Source: a bacterium
GTDB taxonomy: Bacteria; AUK180
Assembly (NCBI GenBank): GCA_030622125.1
Contig: JAUXGM010000002.1
Coordinates: forward strand, 1-36,683
Direction of reading: 5' to 3'
DNA length: 36,683 bases
This document shows positions 27,512 to 36,683 of the stretch, in pieces; within the stretch, counting starts at the first letter, position 1; the number at the start of each line of letters is the position of its first letter. The position numbers and the translations under genes are program-made. The notes beneath the pieces are model-generated. The model ran no database searches and was not told the origin of the DNA. It saw nothing but the letters and a program-made list of their open reading frames with translations.

Positions 27512-28342
27512 TTAATTTAGTTTAACTAATTTTCCATTTTTTGTCAAGTAGATTTTCACTTTTAATCGGATTCCTTTATCTTTACTGTCTTCATAGTTTT
27601 TAAAAAGATCATAGAATATCTTATTCTCATCCTTTGTTTCAAAAAAGGTATCTATCAATACCTTCGGATATTTTTTGATATGATCATTAAATTTCTCCAA
27701 TGGAAAATTTCTTAATGCCTTTATACATCCGTAATAGATCAATGGCGAACTTTTCCTTTTTGCTTTTTTTAAGAGAAAGGGAAGTAATTTTATCTCTTTT
27801 GTCTTTCCAATAATATGGATCAGATTGATCCTCTTTCTTTCATTCGTTCTTTTATAATTATCTATAAATATCTCTTGGGAATAGATCTCACCATAATTTG
27901 AAAATGAGAGAATTGCACTGTAGCAAAGTTTGATATTATTATGAAAATCAATCAAATATTTCTTAAATTCAATATCTTTTTTCTTTCCCGCAAGATAGAT
28001 CAGCGGTTTTAATTTATCAATATCTTTCTCCATTTTAAATTTATCAATAATAAAATCCCTTGCATCTTTTGAATGGACAAAGATATATTCAATTGCCCTC
28101 ATATCAAGTGTGTCGATGTTTTTTGTGAATTTATTTTCATAGACCCATTTGAGTGCCGGTATTCCGATACTTACTAATTCCTGCCTTGCCTCTTTTACAA
28201 TTTCTTTATTTTCCCCGACCTGCCATAAAGATGCGGTCTTAAAAAGTTCCTCAATATCGGTATCTGCTGATATCGACATACCAAAAATCAAAAAAAACAA
28301 AATAAAAAAAGGCAAGCAGTTTATAGCTTTTAATCTTTTCAC
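27512..28342 (-). CDS. Exported HEAT-repeat-like protein
   Basis: Signal peptide ending ISA-D; helical repeats (ARQELVSIGIPAL, LIHIIGK..LLPFL, GCIKAL). Confidence 0.6.
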   Translation of the reverse strand: MKRLKAINCLPFFILFFLIFGMSISADTDIEELFKTASLWQVGENKEIVKEARQELVSIGIPALKWVYENKFTKNIDTLDMRAIEYIFVHSKDARDFIIDKFKMEKDIDKLKPLIYLAGKKKDIEFKKYLIDFHNNIKLCYSAILSFSNYGEIYSQEIFIDNYKRTNERKRINLIHIIGKTKEIKLLPFLLKKAKRKSSPLIYYGCIKALRNFPLEKFNDHIKKYPKVLIDTFFETKDENKIFYDLFKNYEDSKDKGIRLKVKIYLTKNGKLVKLN

Positions 28343-28357
28343 TTTTCAATCCGTTTC

Positions 28358-28386
28358 ATTATACTAAATTTTCAAATATTTTTCAA
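28358..28386 (-). promoter_or_regulatory. Sigma70-type promoter (TTGAAA-17bp-TATAAT)
   Basis: Minus-strand TTGAAA at 28386-28381 and TATAAT at 28363-28358; GTG start at 28342. Confidence 0.55.
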
Positions 28387-28415
28387 AAATTTTGAATTTA
28401 AAAAATGTAATATTT

Positions 28416-28444
28416 TTGAATTTTTTTGAATAAAATGGTAAAAT
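28416..28444 (+). promoter_or_regulatory. Sigma70-type promoter (TTGAAT-17bp-TAAAAT, extended -10), probably leaderless
   Basis: TTGAAT at 28416-28421, TG at 28436-28437, TAAAAT at 28439-28444; ATG at 28451; no SD. Confidence 0.55.
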
Positions 28445-28450
28445 AAAACT

Positions 28451-29827
28451 ATGATAAAAATTGTGGGTGTTAATCCTATTTATTCAAGTGAAGAGATATT
28501 AGAAATAGATAAAGTAGGTATCACTTTAAAAAATACAGACAAAAAAGGTACCGATGCAACGATTATTCTTGTTATCAGAGAGAAAAACGGACAGGATGTA
28601 TTAACACAGGATTTTGATTTATTTTTGGCTTCAAATAAGGTTAATGAATTTATTATTCCACTGGATATTCCCATCAATAGTAATTGGTCATGTGAAATCC
28701 GAATAATGATCCAGGTAAGTGGTAAGATCGTCGCCGAAAGTGAGTGGTATGATCTGATCCAGGGAGAGGAAACCGAAAAAGAGGAAGAAACAAAGCCATA
28801 TACGAGTGAGTTTTTAAAAGAAGAAGATACCGAAACCGAACTGGCAGCAGATGTAACTCCGGAGAGCTCCGAAAAAGAAGATTCTAAAAAAAGTTTTGAT
28901 GAGAAAGAGGATACCGAGGTTACAATTGTCGAGGATGAAAAAGAAAAAAAAATAACGTCATCATGGGGTATTTTGATTGAAGATGGTAAAAATGCAACTT
29001 TCGGGATAGAAGTAGAAAGTGATATAGTTCCGGAAGAGGAAGAAAAGATAGAGGATAGAGGCTCGAGGTTAGAGGTTAGTGAAGAAAAAGAAAAGAAAAA
29101 AGAGGATAGAGGCAATAAAAAGACAATGAATAGTGAAGAGTTAATAGTGAATAGTGAAGAGAAAAAAGAAAAAGAGGTTAAAAGCATGCCCAGCACCAAG
29201 ATGGTGCAGGGTGAAAGGTTAACGGTTAGTAAAGAAAAAGAAAAGAAAACAGAGGATAAAGGCTCAAGGTTAGAGGTTAGTGAAGAAAAGAAAAGGAAAA
29301 AAAAGAAAATAGAAATCGCTGAGAAAGTTGAGGAGGAGTTTACACAAACAGAAGCAGAAATTATAGTCAAAGATGCAAGCGAGAATGTTGTTTCGGATTT
29401 GAAACAAGATCAACAAAAGATGTTCCGTCAAAAGAAAAAACGATTTCCGGTTCTATTGATATTGATCTCAATCGTTGTAATCGGTGCTGTTGGGTATTAT
29501 TTTTTTATTGTAAAGGGAATTAAAATTCCATTTATCAACCGTGAAAAAACGGTCGATAAAACAAAAGAAACAGATATTAATGATCTACTTTCAACGGGAA
29601 AAGATGATCTACTGGTCATTGAAAAAAATTATATTGTTGAAACAGAAAAACTATCCGAAGATCAGCTTGGAAAGATAGAAAATCTTATAGAGAAATACAA
29701 TGGAAATCTTTTAGAAGTTGATGGGGGTTATAAAATGACCTTTAATTTCAAAAAGAAGGATAATGCAAATGAATTAAAAACTTTATTAGAGGAAAAAGAA
29801 ATAAAATGTACGATAAAGGAACAGTAA
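28451..29827 (+). CDS. Single-pass membrane protein: N-terminal beta-sandwich-like domain, E/K-rich linker, TM, SPOR-like C-terminus
   Basis: No signal peptide; TM FPVLLILISIVVIGAVGYYFFIV after KKKR; the C-terminus YKMTFNFKKKDNANELKTLLEEKEIKCTIK resembles SPOR. Confidence 0.6.
   Translation: MIKIVGVNPIYSSEEILEIDKVGITLKNTDKKGTDATIILVIREKNGQDVLTQDFDLFLASNKVNEFIIPLDIPINSNWSCEIRIMIQVSGKIVAESEWYDLIQGEETEKEEETKPYTSEFLKEEDTETELAADVTPESSEKEDSKKSFDEKEDTEVTIVEDEKEKKITSSWGILIEDGKNATFGIEVESDIVPEEEEKIEDRGSRLEVSEEKEKKKEDRGNKKTMNSEELIVNSEEKKEKEVKSMPSTKMVQGERLTVSKEKEKKTEDKGSRLEVSEEKKRKKKKIEIAEKVEEEFTQTEAEIIVKDASENVVSDLKQDQQKMFRQKKKRFPVLLILISIVVIGAVGYYFFIVKGIKIPFINREKTVDKTKETDINDLLSTGKDDLLVIEKNYIVETEKLSEDQLGKIENLIEKYNGNLLEVDGGYKMTFNFKKKDNANELKTLLEEKEIKCTIKEQ
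29050..29289 (+). repeat. Heptamer tandem repeats and a 39-bp direct repeat inside the coding linker
   Basis: gaggata-gaggctc-gaggtta-gaggtta at 29051 and again at 29252 (2 mismatches over 39 bp); tgaatag-type x5 at 29127-29161; ggtgcag-ggtgaaa-ggttaac-ggttagt at 29203-29230. Confidence 0.8.
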
Positions 29828-29842
29828 TTTTTGGAGGATCAA

Positions 29843-30898
29843 ATGTTAAGATTTGGACTTGTCGGATGTGGTAGAATCGGGATTAGACACGCCCGCTTAT
29901 TGAAAGAAATTAAAAATGTTGAACTCACAGCTGTTTGTGACATCAATGAAAAAAAAGCGAAAGATTTTTCAGATAAGTTTAAAATTCCGTACTACACCGA
30001 TTATATTAAGATGGTAAGAAGTGAAAAGATTGATGTAGTTAATATTTGTACACCCTCCGGATTACATTCTGAACACACAATCGATATTGCCCCTTTTGTA
30101 AACAATATTATTGTAGAAAAGCCGATTGCACTTACTGTTGCCGGTGCCGATAAAATGATAGAAGTATGCGATTTGAAAGGGACACGGCTTTTCGTTGTAA
30201 AACAAAACAGGTTCAATTTACCCATAATTAAGCTTCGCGAGGCGATAGATCAAGACCGTTTTGGAAGTATCTATCTTGTAACGGTACGAGTTCACTGGCG
30301 AAGAACACAGAAATACTATGATATGGATGATTGGCATGGAACATGGGCAATGGACGGCGGTGTTTTGACCAATCAGGCATCACATCATATAGATATGTTG
30401 CAATGGATACTGGGACCAATCAAAAGTGTATCTGCAATGACCGATACTTTTCTGCACAATATTGAGGTAGAAGATACCGGTGTTGCTATATTAAGAGCGA
30501 GATCGGGTGCGTTGGGAATTATTGAAGCAACTACCAATACATCACCTGAGGATCTTGAGGGATCAGTAAATGTTTACGGTTCAAATGGAACAGTGGAGAT
30601 CGGCGGTTTTGCAATGAATAGGATCGTTACCTGGAAATTTGACAAAATGAGGGAAAGTGATAATGATGTAATTGAAAAATATTCGGAAAATCCGGCTGAT
30701 GTATATGGTTTCGGTCATCATGCTTATCTGAAAAATGTAATTGAAAACATTGAAAATAATGGATCTCCTCTTATAGATGGAATTGAGGGTAGAAAAACAG
30801 TGAAGATCATTCAAGCAATATATGAATCCGCAGAAACCGGGAAACAAATAAATCTAAGTTTTGATTCTACAAAAAGTAAATTAGGGGAAAAAAAATGA
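29843..30898 (+). CDS. Gfo/Idh/MocA oxidoreductase, WlbA/WbpB-like UDP-sugar 3-dehydrogenase
   Basis: GCGRIG, CTPSGLH, VEKP, VVKQNRFN, GTWAMDGGVLTNQASHHIDML, VYGFGH; ATG 29843 after SD GGAGG. Confidence 0.88.
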   Translation: MLRFGLVGCGRIGIRHARLLKEIKNVELTAVCDINEKKAKDFSDKFKIPYYTDYIKMVRSEKIDVVNICTPSGLHSEHTIDIAPFVNNIIVEKPIALTVAGADKMIEVCDLKGTRLFVVKQNRFNLPIIKLREAIDQDRFGSIYLVTVRVHWRRTQKYYDMDDWHGTWAMDGGVLTNQASHHIDMLQWILGPIKSVSAMTDTFLHNIEVEDTGVAILRARSGALGIIEATTNTSPEDLEGSVNVYGSNGTVEIGGFAMNRIVTWKFDKMRESDNDVIEKYSENPADVYGFGHHAYLKNVIENIENNGSPLIDGIEGRKTVKIIQAIYESAETGKQINLSFDSTKSKLGEKK

Positions 30899-32016
30899 AG
30901 GTTCCGCTTTTGGATCTAAAAAGACAATACAAATATATCAAAAATGATATTCTTCCTGATATTGGTGAATTAATGGAAAATCAAACCTTTATACTGGGTG
31001 ATCAAGTCGGAAGATTTGAACAAGCTGTTGCTTCGTATTGTAATTGTGAGTATTGCATCGGAGTTGCTTCGGGAACGGATGCACTTATCCTTGCACTTGA
31101 TGAAGCCGGTGTTAAAAATGGAGATGAGGTAATAACAACTCCATTTACCTTTTTTTCATCGGCAAGTTCAATAGCAAGGGTTGGAGCGACACCTGTCTTT
31201 GTAGATATAGATGAAAGAACATTTAATATTGACATAAATAAGATTCATAAAAAAATTACCGATAAAACAAAAGCAATTCTTCCCGTTCATATCTTTGGTC
31301 AGGCAGCGGATATGGATTTTATCCTTTCACTTGCGAAGGAATACAATCTGAAGGTAATTGAAGATGCAGCTCAAGCAATTGGGACGACATATAAGGGAAA
31401 GAAAGTAGGTAGTTTAGGAAATTTCGGCTGTCTCTCTTTTTTTCCATCAAAAAATTTAGGAGCTTTCGGCGACGGTGGAATGATCCTTACGAAAACACTT
31501 GGAGATTATGAAAGATTAAGAGCAATGCGAATGCATGGTGAAACGAAAAAATACCATCATAATTTTATCGGCTATAATTCACGACTTGATGCAATACAAG
31601 CACTTGTATTGAGTAAAAAACTTAAATACCTTAATAATTGGCATGAGATGAGACGAGAACATGCACATAGATACAATGAACTTTTTGAAAAAAAGGAGTT
31701 ATTGGAATTTGTAACACCGCCTTATGAAACAACGGTAAGTTACCATATTTATAATCAATATACGATAAAAGCAAAAAAAAGAGATGAGCTAAAGCAATTT
31801 CTTGATGAAAATAATATTGGTAATGCAATTTACTATCCCTTACCATTGCATTTACAAAATTGTTTTGAATATCTTGGATACAAAAAGGGTGATCTGCCAA
31901 TTGCTGAAATGGTTTCAAAAGAGGTCTTATCTTTGCCTGTTTTCCCCGAATTAACCGAAGAGGAACAGAACTTTGTTGTTGATAAGATAGAAGAATTTTA
32001 TAAGGGAAAAATATGA
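30895..32016 (+). CDS. DegT/DnrJ/EryC1/StrS PLP aminotransferase (WbpE/WlbC/GnnB-like)
   Basis: VASGTDAL, IEDAAQAIG, SFFPSKNLGAFGDGG (PLP Lys), GYNSRLD, YYPLPLH. Confidence 0.93.
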   Translation: MKVPLLDLKRQYKYIKNDILPDIGELMENQTFILGDQVGRFEQAVASYCNCEYCIGVASGTDALILALDEAGVKNGDEVITTPFTFFSSASSIARVGATPVFVDIDERTFNIDINKIHKKITDKTKAILPVHIFGQAADMDFILSLAKEYNLKVIEDAAQAIGTTYKGKKVGSLGNFGCLSFFPSKNLGAFGDGGMILTKTLGDYERLRAMRMHGETKKYHHNFIGYNSRLDAIQALVLSKKLKYLNNWHEMRREHAHRYNELFEKKELLEFVTPPYETTVSYHIYNQYTIKAKKRDELKQFLDENNIGNAIYYPLPLHLQNCFEYLGYKKGDLPIAEMVSKEVLSLPVFPELTEEEQNFVVDKIEEFYKGKI

Positions 32017-32945
32017 AGTTTTTAGTAACAGGTGCCGCTGGATTTATCGGCTCATCGCTATGTTTGGAGCTTGAAAAAAGATTTCCGGATGTGAATATCT
32101 ATGCCGTTGATAATTTTTGGTCGGGACATTTTAAGAATCTTAAAGGATTTAAGGGTATATTCCTTTCGTATGATATTTCATCAAAGGAGTTTTTTGAGTT
32201 TTTAAATTCAATGAAATTTGATGCCGTATTCGATATAGGTGCAATATCCGATACCACTGTTGAAGATCAATACAAAATGCTGGCGGTAAATACAAATAGT
32301 TTTCATAAGATGGTAGAATATGCTTTAAATAATCGCATTCCTTTGGTATACGCTTCATCTGCCTCTGTTTATGGTAAAAAGCCGGGACCGAATCATTTGG
32401 AAGACGGTGATTCGCCGGAAAATGCCTATGCTTTTTCAAAACTAATGATGGATAACTATACAAAAGAGGTTATAAAAAAATATCTCGATTTTCCAATTGT
32501 CGGTCTAAGATTCTTTAATGTTTATGGTGCAAAAGAAAGATACAAAGGTAAATTTGCGTCGATGATCTATCAACTTTGTGCCAAAATGTTAAAGGGAGAA
32601 AAAGTTAGATTATTCAAATATGGAAAGCAAAAGAGGGATTTCGTCTTTATAGAGGATGTTTTGGAGGGGATCATAAGTGCTTATCAGTCCGGTAAAAATG
32701 GAATCTATAATCTTGGTTCCGGAAGAGCAATTACCTTTAATAAGGTAGTAGAGATAATAAATAAATGCCTTGGTAGTAATCATCCGATAGAGTATTTTGA
32801 TAATCCTTATAAATTTTATCAGGATCATACGGAAGCGGATCTAACGGAGTCAAAAAAAATCGGATATGAACCCAAATGGCAAATTGAAAACGGCATCAAA
32901 AAATTACTTACTTTATTAAAAAAAGATAGAGATCTATATGAGTGA
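32013..32945 (+). CDS. hldD: ADP-L-glycero-D-manno-heptose 6-epimerase
   Basis: TGAAGFIGS, AISDTT, YASSASVYG, PENAYAFSK, GLRFFNVYG.KERYKG..ASM, YQDHTEAD. Confidence 0.88.
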   Translation: MKFLVTGAAGFIGSSLCLELEKRFPDVNIYAVDNFWSGHFKNLKGFKGIFLSYDISSKEFFEFLNSMKFDAVFDIGAISDTTVEDQYKMLAVNTNSFHKMVEYALNNRIPLVYASSASVYGKKPGPNHLEDGDSPENAYAFSKLMMDNYTKEVIKKYLDFPIVGLRFFNVYGAKERYKGKFASMIYQLCAKMLKGEKVRLFKYGKQKRDFVFIEDVLEGIISAYQSGKNGIYNLGSGRAITFNKVVEIINKCLGSNHPIEYFDNPYKFYQDHTEADLTESKKIGYEPKWQIENGIKKLLTLLKKDRDLYE

Positions 32946-34389
32946 TATCAGAGTAAGATTTGCCCCAAGCCCGACAGGTTATCTTCATATCGGCGGTGCA
33001 AGGACCGCTTTGTTTAATTATTTGTTTGCCCGACATACCGGTGGGAAATATATATTAAGGATAGAGGACACGGATAAAAAGAGATCTACCAAAGAATCGG
33101 TAAACAATTTGATAAGCAGCTTAAAATGGCTGGGACTTGATTGGGACGAAGGTCCCGGTATTGATGGTCCCTTTGCACCATATTTTCAAACGGAAAGATT
33201 TGGTATATACAATGAGTATATTGAGAAGCTCTTAATGAATGGATCGGCATATAAGTGTTTTTGTACGGAAGATGAATTAAAAACAGAGAGGGATCGGCAA
33301 CTCAAAGCTCACTTGCCTGTAAAATATTCAGGGAAATGCAAGAATTTGACAAAAGAAGAGATTGGAAAATATGAAGATGAAGGTAGATCCTTTGTGATTA
33401 GATTTAAGGTACCGGAAAATAGAAAGATCAAATTTTGCGATATAGTACACAAAGAGACGGAATTTAATTCAAATATATTGAGTGATTTTGTTATAAAAAG
33501 AGCAGACGGTTATCCTACTTACAATTTTACCGTCGTTATAGATGATGCGAAGATGCGGATCACCCATGTTCTGAGAGGAGATGATCATCTTTCAAATACA
33601 CCGAAACAGATACTACTTTATGAAGCATTGGATTTTCCAATTCCGCAATTCGGCCATCTTTCTATGATACTTGGTAAGGATGGTTCGCGATTGTCAAAAA
33701 GACATGGTGCCACATCGGTAGAAGAATTTCAAAAGCAAGGATACCTTTCCGAAGCACTTATTAATTTCCTTGCCTTACTTGGTTGGTCCCCGCCTGAAAA
33801 GAATGGAAAAACCCGGGAATTTATGACAAAAGAAGAACTTATCAGGTATTTTGATATTAATAGTGTCTCAAAAACTTCCGCAATAATGAATATAGAAAAA
33901 TTAAAATGGATGAATGGATGCTATATTAGAAATTTAGATACTCAAAAAATGATGGAATATTTTCCGAACCTAAAAAGTGATCCCTTTTTTCAAGGGGATG
34001 AAAAAAGGGCAATTAATTATATCAAGGCATCAAGGAGTTATTACGATACATTGAACGATGCCGTTGTTTATTTGGATAACTTTAAGAAATGGTCATTAAA
34101 TACGGATATATTAAAAGATTTCAAAAATCCGGAATATATAGAACTTATTTCAAATCTTGTCGATATGTTAAAAAAAACATCGGTCATTAACCCCGATATG
34201 GTCGGAAATATATTTAAAGAAGTTTCGCAGAAAACAGGTTTAAAGGGCAAAAATCTTTATCATCCTATAAGATTTATCCTATCGGGAAAAATAGAAGGTC
34301 CGGAACTTCAGCATTTTTTCACGGTAGTTCCCAAAGAAGAAATTATATTAAGATTAAAAAAGGGTCTTGAATTTTTAAGGAAGAAATGA
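32938..34389 (+). CDS. gltX: Glutamate--tRNA ligase
   Basis: RVRFAPSPTGYLHIGG (HIGH), LRIEDTD, THVLRGDDH, RLSKRHG (KMSKS-like), anticodon-binding domain present. Confidence 0.97.
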   Translation: MSDIRVRFAPSPTGYLHIGGARTALFNYLFARHTGGKYILRIEDTDKKRSTKESVNNLISSLKWLGLDWDEGPGIDGPFAPYFQTERFGIYNEYIEKLLMNGSAYKCFCTEDELKTERDRQLKAHLPVKYSGKCKNLTKEEIGKYEDEGRSFVIRFKVPENRKIKFCDIVHKETEFNSNILSDFVIKRADGYPTYNFTVVIDDAKMRITHVLRGDDHLSNTPKQILLYEALDFPIPQFGHLSMILGKDGSRLSKRHGATSVEEFQKQGYLSEALINFLALLGWSPPEKNGKTREFMTKEELIRYFDINSVSKTSAIMNIEKLKWMNGCYIRNLDTQKMMEYFPNLKSDPFFQGDEKRAINYIKASRSYYDTLNDAVVYLDNFKKWSLNTDILKDFKNPEYIELISNLVDMLKKTSVINPDMVGNIFKEVSQKTGLKGKNLYHPIRFILSGKIEGPELQHFFTVVPKEEIILRLKKGLEFLRKK

Positions 34390-35123
34390 TGCAAAAGGTT
34401 ATAGGAAGAAACGCAGTTTTGGAATCATTAAGAAGTAATGAAAGAGAGTTCATACGATTGTATATAAGAGAACATACATTTGGTGAGAAAGTACAGGAAA
34501 TAATGGATATGGCGGCATCAAAGAATGTTCCGACTGAATTCGTTTCACAAAAACGATTTGATTCTCATTATAATCCGAGATCGCAAGGTGTTGTTTTAGT
34601 CGTTGGAAAGCGAGTATTTTTTCCCGTATTGGAGATGATAAAAAATGCACGATCCAATCATGAACCCCCATTTATCTTACTTTTAGATAGAATTCAAGAT
34701 GTTCATAATCTTGGATCTATTATAAGAACTGCTGCTGCTATGGGTGTTCACGGAATAGTTATTCCAAGGCACAATTCCGCTCAGATCACATCAGATGTGG
34801 AAAGAATATCGGAAGGAATGATTAACAGATTGATGATATGTGAATCCTCAAACCTGAAAAATGAGATCAAGGTATTAAAAGAAAAGGATGTTGAAATTGT
34901 CGGGCTGAAGATGGATGGGAAAGAGGATCTAAGGGATTTTTCTATCGATGAAAACGGGATTGCCTTGATACTTGGCAATGAAGCGGAAGGAATAAGGCAT
35001 GGGCTTTTAAATGAATGTGATACAACTCTTAAAATTCCTATGTCGGAAGGCGTTGAATCGCTAAATGTTGCGGTTTCATTCGGCATAGCGGTATTTAAGA
35101 TAAAATTTTTAAATAGGGGGTAA
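34386..35123 (+). CDS. rlmB: 23S rRNA (guanosine-2251-2'-O)-methyltransferase, SpoU/TrmH family
   Basis: GRNAVLE, SQGVV, LDRIQDVHNLGSIIRTA, LGNEAEG, IPM..VESLNVAVS. Confidence 0.88.
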   Translation: MMQKVIGRNAVLESLRSNEREFIRLYIREHTFGEKVQEIMDMAASKNVPTEFVSQKRFDSHYNPRSQGVVLVVGKRVFFPVLEMIKNARSNHEPPFILLLDRIQDVHNLGSIIRTAAAMGVHGIVIPRHNSAQITSDVERISEGMINRLMICESSNLKNEIKVLKEKDVEIVGLKMDGKEDLRDFSIDENGIALILGNEAEGIRHGLLNECDTTLKIPMSEGVESLNVAVSFGIAVFKIKFLNRG

Positions 35124-35126
35124 AAA

Positions 35127-36458
35127 ATGTTTGGAATGACTTCACCATCTAAAATAAATGATGAGATAATTATTAAAGCTGTGGATGACTATAATTTTGT
35201 TATAATGCAATTTATCATTCCTCTGATCGCCGGTATTGGATTTATTCTAAGTATTTTGGATATTTTCTTTTATAAGTTTATGAATTTTCCCGATATGTTT
35301 ATAATTGTCTCACATTGGTTTCTTTTTTTACCATTTATTATTATGACCTTTTTAGTACAAAAGAGAAAACATACATATCTTTTTACATTTCTTTCGCTCT
35401 TTTTTGCGATGTTTGCAGTATTTACAGCACTTATATATGATCTTGCCGCATTCGGTCATATTGTGGTATATGCTTATGGAAGTATGGCTCTTTTTATGAT
35501 ATATGTTTATCGTCCGAGAGATCTTATAAAATTGATATTGTTTTTTACCGTGATTTTTGCTATTATATTATCTGTATTTTGCAAGAGGGATGTTCCCGGA
35601 TTATTGCGGTCGGATATAATCAATGCAGTATTTATTTTTATTCTTTCGTTGATGCTTTCAATGGGAAAATTTCATCATTTGATGAGTAATATTATCAGTA
35701 ATGAAACAATTGAGAAAAAAAATAAGGAAATTGAAATAAAAAATAAGATGCTCAATGAAACTCTTTCCAAGGTAAAAAACATAGATAGAGAAAAGGATAC
35801 ATTTATAGCAAATATTTCACATGAGTTAAAAACACCTATAGCGGTTATCAGCGGGTATATATCAATATTTAAAAGGAAAAATATTTTTAAAGGAGAAGAC
35901 AAAACACGGTTTGAATCAATGGATAGGAATGTTAAACGCCTTTTGAACACAGTGAATGAACTATTGGATATTGTCGGGCTTGAAAGTGGTGAAAAACCGT
36001 TTGAGATGAAAAATATAAGCATAAAAACATTTTTTAAAGAAATCGCCGATGATTATAAGGAATTAATGGAAGAAAAGGGAATTAATTTTTCAACTGAGAT
36101 AAAAAAGGCATCAACAATTATTGGAGATAAGAAGGAATTAAGGGTAGCACTCGATAATATTATTACGAATGCTTATAAATTTACTTCAAAGAGCGGAAAG
36201 ATAAATATTACAGCGGAACAAATTAATGATAAAGTTAAAATAAGTATTAGTGATTCAGGTACCGGAATTTCTTCGGAATCAATAAGCCATGTTTTCGAAA
36301 AATTTTATCAATCATCAAGCGGTACAAAGAGAAAATTCGGGGGAATTGGTTTGGGATTAACCATTGCAAAAGGAATAATTGAGAAACATAATAGTAAATT
36401 GGAACTGGTGAGTGAGGAAGGCAAAGGCACCACTTTTTATTTTACAATAGGAAGTTAA
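35127..36458 (+). CDS. Membrane-bound sensor histidine kinase (HisKA + HATPase_c)
   Basis: About 6 N-terminal TMs; H-box ISHELKTP, N-box NIITNAYKFT, G1 DSGTGI, F-box VFEKFY, G2 GIGLGL. Confidence 0.93.
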   Translation: MFGMTSPSKINDEIIIKAVDDYNFVIMQFIIPLIAGIGFILSILDIFFYKFMNFPDMFIIVSHWFLFLPFIIMTFLVQKRKHTYLFTFLSLFFAMFAVFTALIYDLAAFGHIVVYAYGSMALFMIYVYRPRDLIKLILFFTVIFAIILSVFCKRDVPGLLRSDIINAVFIFILSLMLSMGKFHHLMSNIISNETIEKKNKEIEIKNKMLNETLSKVKNIDREKDTFIANISHELKTPIAVISGYISIFKRKNIFKGEDKTRFESMDRNVKRLLNTVNELLDIVGLESGEKPFEMKNISIKTFFKEIADDYKELMEEKGINFSTEIKKASTIIGDKKELRVALDNIITNAYKFTSKSGKINITAEQINDKVKISISDSGTGISSESISHVFEKFYQSSSGTKRKFGGIGLGLTIAKGIIEKHNSKLELVSEEGKGTTFYFTIGS

Positions 36459-36476
36459 TAGGAAAAGAAGAAAAAT

Positions 36477-36500
36477 GTAGGGGTCGTTCGTGAACGACCC
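36477..36500 (+). repeat. GTAG-tagged REP palindrome
   Basis: GTAG-GGGTCGTTC-GT-GAACGACCC: a perfect 9-bp stem just downstream of the kinase stop codon. Confidence 0.8.
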
Positions 36501-36505
36501 ATTTA

Positions 36506-36683
36506 AAGTTTGGAGTTTGGGGTTTGAGGTTAATAAGAAAAACAATATTAAATTCCGTACCCCCACAAAAGAGGGACATTACCGAATACAATTGATAATG
36601 GACAATGGACAATTGACAATGAAAAAAAAGACAAATACAAACTCCGAAAACAGGCGGGACGTACCTCGGATGTTCAGGTGCGT
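36506..36683. repeat. Composite repeat region (heptamer runs and GGGAC modules), truncated by the window end
   Basis: 7-mer runs at about 36506-36533 and 36588-36622; AAAACAATATTAAATTCCGTA and AAAAGAGGGACAT modules shared with 9759-9805; hairpin 36656-36683 matches 10062-10092. Confidence 0.75.

Noticed and set aside
28480-29370. 296-aa minus-strand ORF rich in Ser/Phe
   Set aside because: Antisense shadow of the E/K-rich plus-strand gene; its composition mirrors GAA/AAA codons.
32938-35123. gltX-rlmB adjacency as a taxonomic signal for Bacillota
   Set aside because: cysE, cysS and mrnC are absent between them, and lnt, hldD and the SprA-like gene point to a diderm; too weak to assign taxonomy.
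36357-36566. 69-aa minus-strand ORF
   Set aside because: It translates repeat DNA (heptamer run and REP) and the antisense of the kinase 3' end.
1-36683. Prophage, defence island, transposase, rRNA/tRNA genes or an alternative genetic code
   Set aside because: No hallmark motifs were seen, and conserved genes such as gltX end at TGA at the expected length, consistent with code 11.

Overview
AT-rich, gene-dense chromosomal segment (genetic code 11) from a diderm, probably LPS-producing bacterium, inferred from lnt, hldD/rfaD and an outer-membrane SprA-like protein. The left block (+) holds a PpiC foldase lipoprotein, a hypothetical protein, a 994-aa beta-propeller/TPR single-pass protein, truA, a degenerate MCP-like protein, an orphan solute-binding protein and lnt, converging on folD. 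The middle holds a ~700-bp repeat-rich spacer and five GT-C-like membrane glycosyltransferases, one of them TMEM260/DUF2723-like. Three of these appear co-transcribed with a class III adenylate cyclase, an FHA protein and a UshA-like lipoprotein, and that operon lies head-to-head (20 bp) with a 1766-aa SprA (type IX secretion translocon)-like gene. The right block holds a nitroreductase, a DUF364 protein, two exported proteins, a SPOR-like membrane protein, a wlbA/wbpB-wbpE-like pair, hldD, gltX, rlmB and an orphan histidine kinase. The most notable observations are the compact SprA-like translocon with no other T9SS genes in view, a modular family of short tandem repeats and REP hairpins that also sits in-frame inside a coding linker, a FolD lacking cyclohydrolase residues, a probable CTG start for lnt, and several promoters that imply leaderless mRNAs. 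No rRNA, tRNA, CRISPR array or transposase was recognised. All family calls come from motif recognition by eye, not from database searches.
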